Notes: generated by a model from the sequence alone, not told the origin. Shown: positions 1 through 10,664, counted from the stretch's first letter. The stretch is 59,781 nucleotides of DNA from Candidatus Puniceispirillaceae bacterium (GCA_965660495.1 CBFIAD010000001.1:1-59781); one strand, 5' to 3'. Made by a program: numbers and translations.

Positions 1-72
1 CGATAAAAAACAGAACAGGCGGCAAGAGGCGCGCCTGTCAAAGAGGCAAAAAAAGCAGAAAAGGCATTGCCT

Positions 73-100
73 CTTGTATAGGAAAAAACAGCACTTATAT
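73..100 (+). promoter_or_regulatory. RpoH (sigma32)-type heat-shock promoter of dnaK
   Basis: CTTGTA(73-78)-N15-CTTATAT(94-100) resembles the alphaproteobacterial RpoH consensus CTTGAA-N15/16-CCTATAT; it lies 65 nt upstream of the dnaK ATG. Confidence 0.7.
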
Positions 101-164
101 ATGCAACAGTTAAGAAAGACGCTAGCGGATATGCTGGTGCGTGACGATAAGAAGGATTAGTAAA

Positions 165-2075
165 ATGGGCAAAGTCATTGGGATTGATTTAGGAACAACA
201 AATTCCTGTGTTGCCGTAATGGACGGTAAGGCAGCAAAAGTTATCGAAAATGCAGAAGGAACACGCACAACCCCTTCCATGATCGCTTTTGCAGATGATG
301 GCGAGCGTTTGGTTGGCCAGTCTGCCAAGCGGCAGGCAGTAACCAATCCGGAAAAGACCATTTTTGCGGTCAAGCGCCTGATCGGTCGGCGTGCAGATGA
401 TACGGCAATGAAAGAATTTGCTGATCTTGTTCCCTTTGAAGTAAAGCCGGCCAAAAATGGCGATGCATGGATTTCAGTAGATGGCGAGGATTATTCACCC
501 AGCCAGATGTCCAGCTTTATTTTGCGTAAACTAAAAGAAGATGCCGAAGCCTATTTGGGTGAAAGCGTTGATCAGGCTGTTATCACCGTGCCAGCCTATT
601 TCAACGATGCCCAGCGTCAGGCGACAAAAGATGCAGGCAAAATTGCCGGTCTGGAAGTTTTGCGGATCATCAATGAGCCAACAGCTGCTGCCCTTGCCTA
701 TGGCCTGGATAAAAAGGAATCTGGCATTATTGCGGTTTTTGACCTTGGCGGCGGGACATTTGATGTGTCTGTCCTGGAAGTGGGCGACGGCGTCTTTGAG
801 GTAAAATCAACCAATGGGGATACATTCCTTGGCGGGGAAGATTTTGACCAGCAGATTATCGATTATCTGGCCGATCAGTTTAAGACCGAACAGGGGATTG
901 ATTTGCGGTCGGATAAAATGGCACTGCAGCGTCTGAAAGAAGCTGCCGAAAAAGCCAAGATTGAGCTGTCCAGCGCGACCCAGACAGAAGTGAACCTGCC
1001 CTTTATCACCGCTGATCAGTCAGGGCCAAAACATTTGAATGTAAAGCTGAGCCGCTCAAAGCTGGAACAGCTGGTTGAAAATCTGGTTCAGCGCTCTCTG
1101 GAGCCATGTAAAAAGGCACTGAAAGATGCCGGTGTTTCTGCCTCCGAAATTGATGAGGTGATTTTGGTTGGCGGTATGACCAGAATGCCCAAAATCATCG
1201 AAACCGTTGAAAAATTCTTTGGCAAGGAACCGCATCGCGGTGTGAATCCGGATGAGGTGGTTGCCTCTGGTGCAGCTATTCAGGCAGGTGTGTTAACGGG
1301 CGATGTAAAAGATGTGCTGTTGCTGGATGTGACGCCTCTGTCTCTGGGGATTGAAACATTGGGCGGTGTCTTTACCCGCCTTATCGACCGCAATACCACC
1401 ATCCCGACAAAAAAGAGCCAGGTCTTTTCAACAGCAGAAGATAACCAGTCTGCGGTGACCATCTCTGTTTATCAGGGTGAGCGCGAAATGGCCGCACATA
1501 ACAAGATGCTGGGTCAGTTCAATCTGGAAGGTATTCCTGCTGCTGCCAGAGGCGTGCCGCAAATTGAGGTATCTTTTGATATCGATGCCAATGGTATTGT
1601 AAAGGTAAGTGCCAAAGACAAGGCGACTGGCAAGGAACAGGCCATTAGCATCAAAGCCTCGGGCGGTCTTGATGATAACGAGATTGACCAGATGATCAAA
1701 GATGCCGAAACCTATGCAGAAGAAGACAAAGCCCGGCGAGAAGAGGTGGAAACACGCAACCGTGCAGAAGCCCTTGTCCATACGGCTGAAAAGACGATAG
1801 CGGATATAGGCGACAAGGCCGATGCAGAGGTAAAGGCAGAAGTGGAAACCGCTGTTGCAGATCTGAAAACAGCTCTGGAAGGCGAAGATGCTGCAGAGAT
1901 TTCAGCAAAGGCAGAAACCCTGTCCGGGGCGATGATGAAGATGGGCGAAGCTGCCTATCAGGCAGATCCGGAAGCAGAATCAGCACAAGCTGGCAATTCG
2001 GCAGGTGATGATGATGGTGTCGTGGATGCCGATTTTGAAGAAGTGGATGATGAACAGGACGCTAAAAAAGCGTAA
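165..2075 (+). CDS. dnaK: Chaperone DnaK (Hsp70)
   Basis: [25 protein letters not shown] motifs; start moved to ATG 165 (MGKVIG) behind an AGGA RBS. Confidence 0.99.
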   Translation: MGKVIGIDLGTTNSCVAVMDGKAAKVIENAEGTRTTPSMIAFADDGERLVGQSAKRQAVTNPEKTIFAVKRLIGRRADDTAMKEFADLVPFEVKPAKNGDAWISVDGEDYSPSQMSSFILRKLKEDAEAYLGESVDQAVITVPAYFNDAQRQATKDAGKIAGLEVLRIINEPTAAALAYGLDKKESGIIAVFDLGGGTFDVSVLEVGDGVFEVKSTNGDTFLGGEDFDQQIIDYLADQFKTEQGIDLRSDKMALQRLKEAAEKAKIELSSATQTEVNLPFITADQSGPKHLNVKLSRSKLEQLVENLVQRSLEPCKKALKDAGVSASEIDEVILVGGMTRMPKIIETVEKFFGKEPHRGVNPDEVVASGAAIQAGVLTGDVKDVLLLDVTPLSLGIETLGGVFTRLIDRNTTIPTKKSQVFSTAEDNQSAVTISVYQGEREMAAHNKMLGQFNLEGIPAAARGVPQIEVSFDIDANGIVKVSAKDKATGKEQAISIKASGGLDDNEIDQMIKDAETYAEEDKARREEVETRNRAEALVHTAEKTIADIGDKADAEVKAEVETAVADLKTALEGEDAAEISAKAETLSGAMMKMGEAAYQADPEAESAQAGNSAGDDDGVVDADFEEVDDEQDAKKA

Positions 2076-2083
2076 GGTTCGAT

Positions 2084-2118
2084 AAAAGACCCCTTTTTAT
2101 TCAAAAGGGGTCTTTTTT
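2084..2118 (+). terminator. Intrinsic terminator-like hairpin between dnaK and dnaJ
   Basis: AAAAGACCCCTTTT-TATTC-AAAAGGGGTCTTTT perfect inverted repeat ending in a T-run. Confidence 0.85.
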
Positions 2119-2154
2119 AGGGTGTTTGTAAGTTGAATTGAAACGTAGCCAGAT

Positions 2155-3264
2155 ATGCCGAAACGCGATTATTACGAAGTGCTGGGGGTCAGCAAGGATG
2201 CCGATGAAAAAGCCATTAAATCGGCTTACCGCAAATTGGCCATGGCCAATCACCCCGATCGCAATGCCGGCGATGAGGCCGCTGCCGAACGCTTTAAAGA
2301 AGCCAGTGAAGCCTATGAGGTTCTAAAAGATAGCCAGAAACGTGCTGCCTATGACCAGATGGGTCATGCTGCCTTTGAACAGGGAGGCGGTTTTGGCGGT
2401 GGCGAGGCTGGTTTTGGCGGTGGCGGCTTTTCCGATATTTTCGAGCAGATGTTCTCGGAATTTTCAGGGGGGCGCGGGCGTGCAGAACAAGCCCGGCATG
2501 GCGCGGATTTACGCTATGATCTGACCATTGATCTGGATGAGGCCTATACAGGCTGCCAGAAAGATATTGTGGCCAATATTTCTTCTACCTGTGACAGCTG
2601 CGGGGGAAGCGGTGCAGCCAAAGGCAGCCAGCCTGTTCCTTGTTCCGGATGCGGCGGTATGGGAAAGGTGCGTGCCCAGCAAGGGTTCTTCACTGTAGAG
2701 CGCACCTGTCCTGCTTGCCAGGGGGCAGGCGAGACTATCTCTAACCCCTGTAGCCCATGTCGTGGGCAGGGCAGGGTCGAAAAATCGGAAAATCTGTCGG
2801 TGAATATTCCGGCAGGCGTGGATACCGGCACACGTATTCGCCTGTCTGGCAAGGGCGAGGCTGGCTTGCGCGGTGCGCCATCGGGCGATTTATATATTTT
2901 TGTGAATGTATCGGATCACCCGATTTTTGAACGTGATGGCGGTAATCTCTATATTGATGTGCCTGTGCCAATGGTTACGGCTGCCCTTGGCGGGACTATT
3001 GATGTGCCAACTCTAGGCGGCAAGATGACCCGGCTGCAAATTGAAAAAGGCACACAATCGGGGCGAAAATTCAGGATGCGTGGCAAGGGGATGCCTGGAT
3101 TGCGTGGCGGCAATCATGGCGATCAAATCGTGGAAATTATTGTCGAAACCCCTACCAAGCTCAGCAAAAAACAGATTAATCTGCTACAGGAATTTGATGA
3201 AGCAGGCGATGCCAGCCCACAGACAAAAGGCTTTATTGACCGGGTAAAAACGCTATGGTCGTAA
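2155..3264 (+). CDS. dnaJ: Chaperone DnaJ
   Basis: J-domain HPD motif, G/F region, four CxxCxGxG zinc repeats. Confidence 0.99.
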   Translation: MPKRDYYEVLGVSKDADEKAIKSAYRKLAMANHPDRNAGDEAAAERFKEASEAYEVLKDSQKRAAYDQMGHAAFEQGGGFGGGEAGFGGGGFSDIFEQMFSEFSGGRGRAEQARHGADLRYDLTIDLDEAYTGCQKDIVANISSTCDSCGGSGAAKGSQPVPCSGCGGMGKVRAQQGFFTVERTCPACQGAGETISNPCSPCRGQGRVEKSENLSVNIPAGVDTGTRIRLSGKGEAGLRGAPSGDLYIFVNVSDHPIFERDGGNLYIDVPVPMVTAALGGTIDVPTLGGKMTRLQIEKGTQSGRKFRMRGKGMPGLRGGNHGDQIVEIIVETPTKLSKKQINLLQEFDEAGDASPQTKGFIDRVKTLWS

Positions 3265-3300
3265 GGGTCGCCAAATAGCTATGTCAGGAGCATAAGCCGT

Positions 3301-4095
3301 ATGTCCGAGAAACAAAACCTGCATATCGCTTTGCCCGGTGCGGCCGGCAAAATGGGTCAGATGATCGCCTCTCTGGTCGCAGAGGCTGGCGATATTGATA
3401 TTCTGGCGGCAAGTGAACATCCCCAAAGCCCGGCAATTGGAACGGCCATCGGGGCAGCCACTATCAGCGCGGACGCAAAGATTTTGGGCATTGGTTCAGG
3501 CGGGGTCATTATCGATTTTACCCGCCCCGAAGCCACTATGAAACATATTGAAATCGCTGTTGCATCCGGCACGGCTATGGTGGTTGGTACAACCGGGCTG
3601 AGTGCTGAACAGGAAAAAGAGTTGGAAAGAGCTGCCCGCCAGATACCGATTGTTTATTGTGCAAACACTTCTGTTGGCGTGACATTGCTTGGTCAGATTG
3701 TCGAACAGGTAGCTCGCCAGCTGGATGCGGAATGGGATATTGAAATTGTTGAAACCCACCATAATCAAAAGGTGGATGCCCCTTCCGGAACGGCACTTGC
3801 TCTTGGCAAGGCAGCCGCCAAAGGTCGGCAAATTGATCTGGAGACAGAAAAGGAAAGCGGGCGCGATGGCATAACCGGTGCGCGTAAATCCGGAACTATC
3901 GGTTTTGCAGCTTTGCGCGGCGGCGATGTGGCAGGCGAACATACAGTGACATTTTTTGGCCAGCAAGAACGTATCGAGATTACCCACCGGGCAACCAGCC
4001 GGGTCATTTTTGCTCGGGGCGCGCTAAGGGCAGCACGATTTGCCGCCGCTCAAAAACCTGGTCTATATTCAATGGATGATGTATTGAACACCTAA
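3301..4095 (+). CDS. dapB: 4-hydroxy-tetrahydrodipicolinate reductase
   Basis: GAAGKMG, IDFTRP, ETHHNQKVDAPSGTA, GEHTV motifs. Confidence 0.98.
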   Translation: MSEKQNLHIALPGAAGKMGQMIASLVAEAGDIDILAASEHPQSPAIGTAIGAATISADAKILGIGSGGVIIDFTRPEATMKHIEIAVASGTAMVVGTTGLSAEQEKELERAARQIPIVYCANTSVGVTLLGQIVEQVARQLDAEWDIEIVETHHNQKVDAPSGTALALGKAAAKGRQIDLETEKESGRDGITGARKSGTIGFAALRGGDVAGEHTVTFFGQQERIEITHRATSRVIFARGALRAARFAAAQKPGLYSMDDVLNT

Positions 4096-4110
4096 CGGCC
4101 TTTTTAGTTG

Positions 4111-4668
4111 CTAGGGCATATTATTTAGCGTTTCAGCCGGAGCGTTATAGTCAAAACGCACGCGCCTTAATGCCTCATTTATCGCTTTTGCCAGAGAGGC
4201 TTTTTCCACCGGCGGCATAAAGGTGCCGATTTCCATTCTCTGGCTATGGGCGCGTAAGAACAAGCGCGGTTTATGCTCTTCCTCTTTTGTGATCTCTGCA
4301 TATACCCATGGGCTTTCAATGGTTTGCCGGTGGTTATGGCCGCGCCAGTTTGTGCGGGTGATTTGCACAAAATGCGGGGTAATTTCCACTGTCTCTACCA
4401 ATTGTCCTGCCCGGTAATTTAGCTTGAACGCAAACCAGACAATCAGGATTTCTGCCCCTAAAAACCCGATAACAGGCCAGGCGCCCAAAAGATAAAATCC
4501 GGTGGCGATAAGGCTCATCAAGCTGGCCAGACTAGCCATGAAAATACGAAAGCCTTTCAAGGATAAAGACCGATAGGGCCAAAGCGTGATGACATAGGTT
4601 TCCTTTTTTCTATCACCTTCCCGGTTAAACCATAACCGGCTTTGCGGTGCGCCTGTCTGTGACGTCAT
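4111..4668 (-). CDS. DUF2244-family membrane protein
   Basis: LWPYRSLS..GF start, two hydrophobic helices with GAWPVIGFLGAE, and EIGTF...EK C-terminal pattern. Confidence 0.8.
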   Translation of the reverse strand: MTSQTGAPQSRLWFNREGDRKKETYVITLWPYRSLSLKGFRIFMASLASLMSLIATGFYLLGAWPVIGFLGAEILIVWFAFKLNYRAGQLVETVEITPHFVQITRTNWRGHNHRQTIESPWVYAEITKEEEHKPRLFLRAHSQRMEIGTFMPPVEKASLAKAINEALRRVRFDYNAPAETLNNMP

Positions 4669-4778
4669 CTTTTATCCTGTCTTTTATGGGCGCTGGCAGA
4701 TAGTGCCTCGCTTCTTGCGTATTTTACGTTATTATCATTGAGATAAGTTCATTTTTGAACAGGAAAAGGGTAGGACAT

Positions 4779-5423
4779 ATGCCGCGCAAGATGCGTTTAA
4801 TTGATATCGACAAGGTGTTTGAATCGCTGTCCAAACGCGAACCTGACCCGCGCACCGAGCTAAACTTTCAAGACCCCTATACATTACTGGTTGCGGTCGC
4901 GCTTTCTGCTCAGGCAACCGATGTCAGCGTGAACAAGGCAACAGCCCCGTTATTTCAGCGTGCCAATACGCCGGAAAAAATGGTCGCGCTGGGTGTAGAG
5001 GGGGTAAAATCCTATATCAAAACCATCGGCCTGTTTAATACAAAGGCAGAAAATGTCATCAAGCTATCAAGGATGCTGATAGATAACCATAACAGCATTG
5101 TCCCTGAAGATAGAGCTGCCCTTGAAGCCTTGCCAGGAGTAGGCAGAAAAACGGCAAATGTTGTGTTGAATGAAGCCTTTGGCCATCCAACCATAGCGGT
5201 GGATACGCATATTTTCAGGGTCGGCAACCGTACCGGCATGGCACCTGGAAAAACACCTGATGCGGTAGAAAAAGAATTGCTGCGGCGTGTCCCGAAACGA
5301 TTTCAAAAGGGCGCGCATCACTGGCTTATTCTGCATGGCCGATATGTCTGTAAAGCGCGCAAGCCGGAATGTTCAAACTGTGCGATTTCAGAATATTGCC
5401 TATATAGGGACAAGCAGTTTTAA
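4779..5423 (+). CDS. nth: Endonuclease III
   Basis: LSAQATD, HhH LPGVGRKTANVV, VDTH, and Cx6Cx2Cx5C Fe-S motif; start moved to ATG 4779 after AGGA. Confidence 0.98.
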   Translation: MPRKMRLIDIDKVFESLSKREPDPRTELNFQDPYTLLVAVALSAQATDVSVNKATAPLFQRANTPEKMVALGVEGVKSYIKTIGLFNTKAENVIKLSRMLIDNHNSIVPEDRAALEALPGVGRKTANVVLNEAFGHPTIAVDTHIFRVGNRTGMAPGKTPDAVEKELLRRVPKRFQKGAHHWLILHGRYVCKARKPECSNCAISEYCLYRDKQF

Positions 5424-5437
5424 GGCTACAAGGATGG

Positions 5438-6019
5438 CTAGAGTTTGCGCTGATAAAGCGCTTCGCGGCAGTTTTTTTCATCCAGAGGCTTGCCGATAAT
5501 ACGGTTTCGAATATCCAGGGCAGCGATGCGCTGGATGGGGGGGCTATCTGTACCCTCCAGATAAAAGAAAAAATCTACCACACATTCGGTCTGGCGATAT
5601 TGCCAGATACCCATTTTGCCCTCGATTCGCGCAAAATCTGCAGGGCCCAGAACCACAGCAATATCTTCAATGGGCTTGTCCAGAAACAGGCGCGGATCAA
5701 TCTCTGTTATCTCTGGCTCTTTTGGTGCCTCGGATATTTTCGGCGGCTGGGGGGGTGTTTCCGGTATAACAGGCACAATGGTCTGGCTGGCTATCTCGTG
5801 CGTCTCAATGGCGGCTTCGTCTATGGCTTTATCGCTGTTAATTTCTGGTGTTTGTCCCTCAATTTTGGCAGGCGGGGCAGAGGCGGTGACAGGTTCAGAT
5901 GGCGGGGATAGTTCAGGGCCTCTCACCGAAAGGGGCTGACAGCCTGCCATCGCCAATAAAAAGGACAGATACAGGCATAGATTTACAGGTTTAATCACTA
6001 ACGTTGGAGAAAATTTCAC
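5438..6019 (-). CDS. Hypothetical lipoprotein
   Basis: Signal peptide with lipobox-like LAMAG-C, Pro/Glu-rich linker, compact C-terminal domain (LGPADFAR.EG..IWQY...C..DFF); start uncertain. Confidence 0.7.
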   Translation of the reverse strand: MKFSPTLVIKPVNLCLYLSFLLAMAGCQPLSVRGPELSPPSEPVTASAPPAKIEGQTPEINSDKAIDEAAIETHEIASQTIVPVIPETPPQPPKISEAPKEPEITEIDPRLFLDKPIEDIAVVLGPADFARIEGKMGIWQYRQTECVVDFFFYLEGTDSPPIQRIAALDIRNRIIGKPLDEKNCREALYQRKL

Positions 6020-6117
6020 AGGCAGATAACGCTTTATATAATTTCAGGACAGCATAACAAACAGAGCTAGTCTATCGCGATTATATCTGGCAACAAGGAA
6101 AAAATGAACCTTTCAGA

Positions 6118-6804
6118 TTACGCCTTTGCATCAAACGCATAGCCCATTGAGCGCACCGTTCGAATAACATCTGGCCCGCCGGTCGCATTAATGGCCTTGC
6201 GCAATCTTCGAATATGCACATCTACCGTGCGCATACCAACATAGACATCATCGCCCCAGACGCTGTCCAGCAGCTGATCTCGCGAATAAACACGTCCCTG
6301 ATTACGCATAAAATGTTCCAGCAATCTGAATTCTGTTGGGCCTAGATGAATGATATTGCCGTCTCGCAACACCCGCTTACTTTCCAAATCCAGCTCAATA
6401 TCTCCGCCGGTTAGCTTGGCATCATATCCGCGTGCATTTCGGCGCAATATGGCTCTGATCCGCGCGACCAGCTCTGCCGGGCTGAAAGGTTTGGTGACAT
6501 AATCATCTGCCCCACCATCCAGACCGCGTAACCTGTCCCCTTCTTCGCCTCTGGCGGTCATCATTATCACGGGAATTTCTCTGGTATCTGTTCGGTTTCT
6601 GAGCTGGCGCAACAACTCTATCCCGGATAGAAGCGGCAACATCCAGTCCAGCAGGATTAAATCAGGCTTATGTTCTATTGCCAGCCAAAGCCCGTCCTCA
6701 CCATTTTCGCATAGAACCGCCTCATAACCTGCCTGCTGTAAATTATACTCCAGCAAGGTTTGAATATCCTGCTCATCTTCAATTACTAGAATTTTCTGCT
6801 TCAT
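6118..6804 (-). CDS. phoB: Phosphate regulon response regulator PhoB
   Basis: Receiver LLDWMLP, GADDYVTKPFS, winged helix HLGPTEFRLL...RTVDVHIRRLRK; adjacent to phoR. Confidence 0.95.
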   Translation of the reverse strand: MKQKILVIEDEQDIQTLLEYNLQQAGYEAVLCENGEDGLWLAIEHKPDLILLDWMLPLLSGIELLRQLRNRTDTREIPVIMMTARGEEGDRLRGLDGGADDYVTKPFSPAELVARIRAILRRNARGYDAKLTGGDIELDLESKRVLRDGNIIHLGPTEFRLLEHFMRNQGRVYSRDQLLDSVWGDDVYVGMRTVDVHIRRLRKAINATGGPDVIRTVRSMGYAFDAKA

Positions 6805-6812
6805 GATTTGTG

Positions 6813-6846
6813 TAAATAAACCAGAAATATGACTATTTTATGACAA
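6813..6846 (-). promoter_or_regulatory. Pho box and candidate -10 element upstream of phoB
   Basis: Minus strand reads TTGTCAT-AAAA-TAGTCAT (6846-6829, 11-bp direct-repeat period), then 10 nt, then TATTTA (6818-6813). Confidence 0.65.
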
Positions 6847-8244
6847 GGGTAGATAGACGCAAAACACCGATCCCACGCCAATTTCCGAAGTGATTTCCAG
6901 ATGACCCTGATGATGGCTAACGATGTGTTTAACAATGGCCAGCCCCAACCCTGTTCCGCCCTTGGTGCGCGATCTGTCCTTATCCACCCGGTAAAATCGC
7001 TCGGTCAGACGAGGCAAATGTATCTTGTCAATGCCCTCGCCTGTATCGCGCACTTCGATACAACAAAACCGTGTTTGCGGAGCAGCCCGATATTTTACCT
7101 CCTGCGTAAGGGTGATAGATACCTCGCCATTCGGCCGGCCATAGCGGATACCATTTTCCACCAGATTTTGTACCATTTGCACCAGCTCATCCTGATTGCC
7201 CCTGATAATCAGCGGGGCGTTCGACGACTGAAATTTCAGCACTATTTTTGCTTTTTCGGCGTGGTTTTGCAGGCTGGTCATCACCCGGCTACATATCACG
7301 CTCAGGTCACATTCATCTTGCGGTATCTGATGTTCGGTTTGTTCAATGCGGGCCAGCGATAGCTGGTCTGTGGCCAGCCGGAAAATACGCTCTGCCTGCT
7401 GATGCAAGATAGCCAGAAATTTTTCTCTTGTCTTTTTTTCCGCCCCTGCTGGCCCTTGCAGGGTTTCAATAAATCCCAGGATAGAGGTCAGGGGCGTGCG
7501 CAGCTCATGGCTGACATTGGCAACAAAATCAGACCGCATTTTTTCGGCTTCTGCTGCCAGTGTCCGGTCAATAAAGGTGATAGCGGTTCGGCTCTTTTCA
7601 TCGGCAGAAAAATTTGAAATAAGCACCGCAAAATGTCGCTTTGTCGAAAAGCCGGTTGAAAGCTGTACTTCATTTGTCTGAACATGACCCTGATTTACCT
7701 GCTGGATAGCCTCCAGAACCATATTATTACGGATGATAAAGGCAACGGGTTTGCCCATATCGATATGCCCGAACAGATCTTTTGCCTGCTGGTTAAATTC
7801 GCTAACCTGTCCCCGGTCATTTAAAATAATCAGCGGCAAGGGCAGATTATATAAAATTTCATGGCGATACTGGCTGGCTGTCATCAAGTTGCGTGCCGCC
7901 ATAGAGGCCTGCTGTTCGGCACTTGAAACTGTCCAAATCAGTTCAGTTAATTCGGTATCATCAAATTCGGTGGCGCGCAGACCCTGCTCTTTGGACGGGG
8001 TGAAATTAGCCGGATTATCTGCCCCGGCTTTGGCACGAAAATAATTTCTTAAAAAATTTATCACCCGCCCTTCCCGGCGCAACAGAAAAAAGCTTGCCCC
8101 CACCCCTGCGACGACCACCAATAGCGCATCCACCAAATCGATACGTTCAAAAACAAGCAATAAAGCAACCGCGACTATCACCCCGGACAGAAGCCGTAAA
8201 ATCCGGCGTCCCAATCCGATTAGGTAAGATGACTCTGCTGGCAT
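6838..8244 (-). CDS. phoR: Phosphate sensor histidine kinase PhoR
   Basis: Two N-terminal TM helices, PAS-like region, DFVANVSHELRTPL, RLTERFYRVDK.RSR..GGTGLGLAIVKH. Confidence 0.93.
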   Translation of the reverse strand: MPAESSYLIGLGRRILRLLSGVIVAVALLLVFERIDLVDALLVVVAGVGASFFLLRREGRVINFLRNYFRAKAGADNPANFTPSKEQGLRATEFDDTELTELIWTVSSAEQQASMAARNLMTASQYRHEILYNLPLPLIILNDRGQVSEFNQQAKDLFGHIDMGKPVAFIIRNNMVLEAIQQVNQGHVQTNEVQLSTGFSTKRHFAVLISNFSADEKSRTAITFIDRTLAAEAEKMRSDFVANVSHELRTPLTSILGFIETLQGPAGAEKKTREKFLAILHQQAERIFRLATDQLSLARIEQTEHQIPQDECDLSVICSRVMTSLQNHAEKAKIVLKFQSSNAPLIIRGNQDELVQMVQNLVENGIRYGRPNGEVSITLTQEVKYRAAPQTRFCCIEVRDTGEGIDKIHLPRLTERFYRVDKDRSRTKGGTGLGLAIVKHIVSHHQGHLEITSEIGVGSVFCVYLPLS

Positions 8245-8313
8245 GGCAAATATTCTTCCAGGATTATTTTTGCCGTCTTTATGTGAGAGGTAGCTATCCT
8301 GCCTCCCACCTGT

Positions 8314-10566
8314 TTATAAGGATTCATAGGCTGCCAATGCAGCGGCGTTTACCAGATCATTTACCGTCGCGCTCATCGGAATAATCTGGAAAGGATGTTC
8401 AGCGTTCAAAATCATCGGCCCTATCACCGTGCCGCCGCCCAGCTGTTGCATCAGATTAAAGGATATGTTGGCAGAATGCAGACCAGGCATAACCAGAATA
8501 TTGGCTGCTGCGGTCAGGCGCGAAAACGGATAGCTACTTTGCATCAGATCAAAATCCAGCGCAATATCAGCCGTCATCTCGCCTTCATATTCAAAATCCA
8601 CCTTGCGTTTATCCAGAACCGTCACCGCATCGCGTGCGGCCTGGGTAATATCACTGGCTGGCCGCCCAAAGCTGGAAAATGATAAAAAGGCGACACGTGG
8701 TGTATGTCCCATTAGCCGGGCTTTTTCTGCAATGGCCTCGGCAATATCGGCCATCTGCTCGCCAGTTGGACGTTCATGGATAGACGTATCGCCAATAAAC
8801 ACCGTCCGGCCTTTGGATATCAGCATCGAGGTAGCGGCAAAATCCTTGCCTTTGGCCGGGTCGATAACACGGGTAACATGCTCAAAACTGGCCTGAAATG
8901 AGCGGGTCATGCCGGTTACCAGCGCATCAGCATGGCCATGGGCGACCATACAGGCGGCAAAAACATTGCGATCCAGATGTACCATGCGCTGGCAATCGCG
9001 CTGCAAAATGCCTTTGCGCTGTAATTTTTTATACAGATATTCGATATATTCCTTATTGTGATCGGAAATTTTGGCATTGATGATTTCAAAATCTATGCTG
9101 CCTTCCAGACCCATTTCCTCGATACGCTGTTTGATACGCGCTTCGCGTCCCAGCAAAATAGGCTGGCCATAGCCGGCATTGCGAAAGGCGATCGCCCCGC
9201 GAATAGAGACCTCTTCCTCGCCTTCGGTAAAGACCACCCGCTTTTGTTCTGGTGTGATGCGGGCAAATACGTCCTGCAAAAATGATGCGGTGGGATCCAG
9301 CCTGGCAGACAGATTGCGCTTATAGGCTTCGATATCTTCGATAGGTTTGCGTGCAACCCCTGTTTGCATGGCCGCCTCTGCCACAGCAGAAGATACAGCC
9401 GATATCAGGCGCGGATCAAACGGGGCTGGAATAATATATTCTGTCCCATAGCGCAGCTGCTCTCCGGAATAGGCATGATTAACCTCATCGGGGACATCTT
9501 CGCGTGCCAGCATCGCAATCGCATTGGCAGCAGCAATTTTCATTTCCTCATTAATTGCGGATGCGCGCACATCCAGCGCGCCGCGGAAAATATAGGGAAA
9601 GCCTAAAACATTATTCACCTGATTGGGAAAATCTGACCGGCCGGTAGCAATAATAGCATCCGGACGGGCTTTTTTGGCTTCATCGGGCATAATTTCCGGC
9701 TCGGGGTTGGCCATGGCAAAAACAATGGGTTTGTCGGCCATGGTTTTCAGCATTTCCGGGGTCATTGCTTTGGCAACAGACAGACCCAGGAAAACATCTG
9801 CCCCTTTAATGGCATCTGTCAGGCTGCGGGCATCTGTTTTTACTGCATGGGCAGATTTCCACTGATTCATACCGCTTTCGCGCCCCTGATAAATCACCCC
9901 TTCGCGGTCGCATAAAATCACATTTTCATGTTTTACGCCCATCGCCTTTATCAATTCCACACAGGCGATAGAGGCTGCCCCTGCCCCATTGGAAACTACT
10001 TTGATATCCTCGATATTTCGCTTGGTAAGATGCAAGGCATTGATAAGGCCGGCTGCTGCAATAATAGCGGTGCCATGCTGGTCATCATGGAAAACCGGAA
10101 TATCCATCACCTCGCGCAAGCGCTGTTCGATAATAAAACATTCCGGCGAGCGAATATCTTCAAGATTAATACCGCCAAAAGATGGCCCAAGCAGGCTGAC
10201 CGCATCGACAAATCTGTCAACATCCTCGGTATCCAGTTCCAGATCCACCCCGTCAATATCGGCAAATTTCTTGAACAGAACGGCCTTGCCTTCCATCACC
10301 GGCTTTGAGGCCATCGCCCCGATGTTGCCCAGCCCCAAAACCGCTGTTCCGTTAGAGATAACAGCGACAAGATTGCCTTTGGCAGTGTAATCATAGGCGG
10401 TGTTCGGGTCGGCTTCGATAGCCAGGCATGGCTCGGCTACACCCGGCGAATAGGCCAGCGATAGATCGCGCTGGGTGGTTAGCGGCTTGGTAGGCGTAAT
10501 CTCCAATTTGCCAGGCCGGCCTTCCGAGTGAAATTGCAACGCTTCTTTTTTCAATGATTTTTTCAT
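8314..10566 (-). CDS. maeB: NADP-dependent malic enzyme with phosphotransacetylase-like domain
   Basis: LSLAYSPGVA, SKPVMEGK, FHDDQHGTA, GRSDFPNQVNN; 750 aa with PTA-like C-terminal half. Confidence 0.97.
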   Translation of the reverse strand: MKKSLKKEALQFHSEGRPGKLEITPTKPLTTQRDLSLAYSPGVAEPCLAIEADPNTAYDYTAKGNLVAVISNGTAVLGLGNIGAMASKPVMEGKAVLFKKFADIDGVDLELDTEDVDRFVDAVSLLGPSFGGINLEDIRSPECFIIEQRLREVMDIPVFHDDQHGTAIIAAAGLINALHLTKRNIEDIKVVSNGAGAASIACVELIKAMGVKHENVILCDREGVIYQGRESGMNQWKSAHAVKTDARSLTDAIKGADVFLGLSVAKAMTPEMLKTMADKPIVFAMANPEPEIMPDEAKKARPDAIIATGRSDFPNQVNNVLGFPYIFRGALDVRASAINEEMKIAAANAIAMLAREDVPDEVNHAYSGEQLRYGTEYIIPAPFDPRLISAVSSAVAEAAMQTGVARKPIEDIEAYKRNLSARLDPTASFLQDVFARITPEQKRVVFTEGEEEVSIRGAIAFRNAGYGQPILLGREARIKQRIEEMGLEGSIDFEIINAKISDHNKEYIEYLYKKLQRKGILQRDCQRMVHLDRNVFAACMVAHGHADALVTGMTRSFQASFEHVTRVIDPAKGKDFAATSMLISKGRTVFIGDTSIHERPTGEQMADIAEAIAEKARLMGHTPRVAFLSFSSFGRPASDITQAARDAVTVLDKRKVDFEYEGEMTADIALDFDLMQSSYPFSRLTAAANILVMPGLHSANISFNLMQQLGGGTVIGPMILNAEHPFQIIPMSATVNDLVNAAALAAYESL

Positions 10567-10664
10567 GGGATATTTCTACTTTTTTTCATAAAGATGTATA
10601 AAGAAGATTCTAACTAACCTGGCCCCTGGCCGATACAAACCAATTTAATCGAAACTCTGGAAGT

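Noticed and set aside
1-164. CIRCE/HrcA operator upstream of dnaK
   Set aside because: No TTAGCACTC-N9-GAGTGCTAA visible in the available upstream sequence
4747-4760. GTTCA-TTTT-TGAAC palindrome before nth as a LexA box
   Set aside because: The alphaproteobacterial LexA site is the direct repeat GTTC-N7-GTTC; this short palindrome does not fit and may be chance
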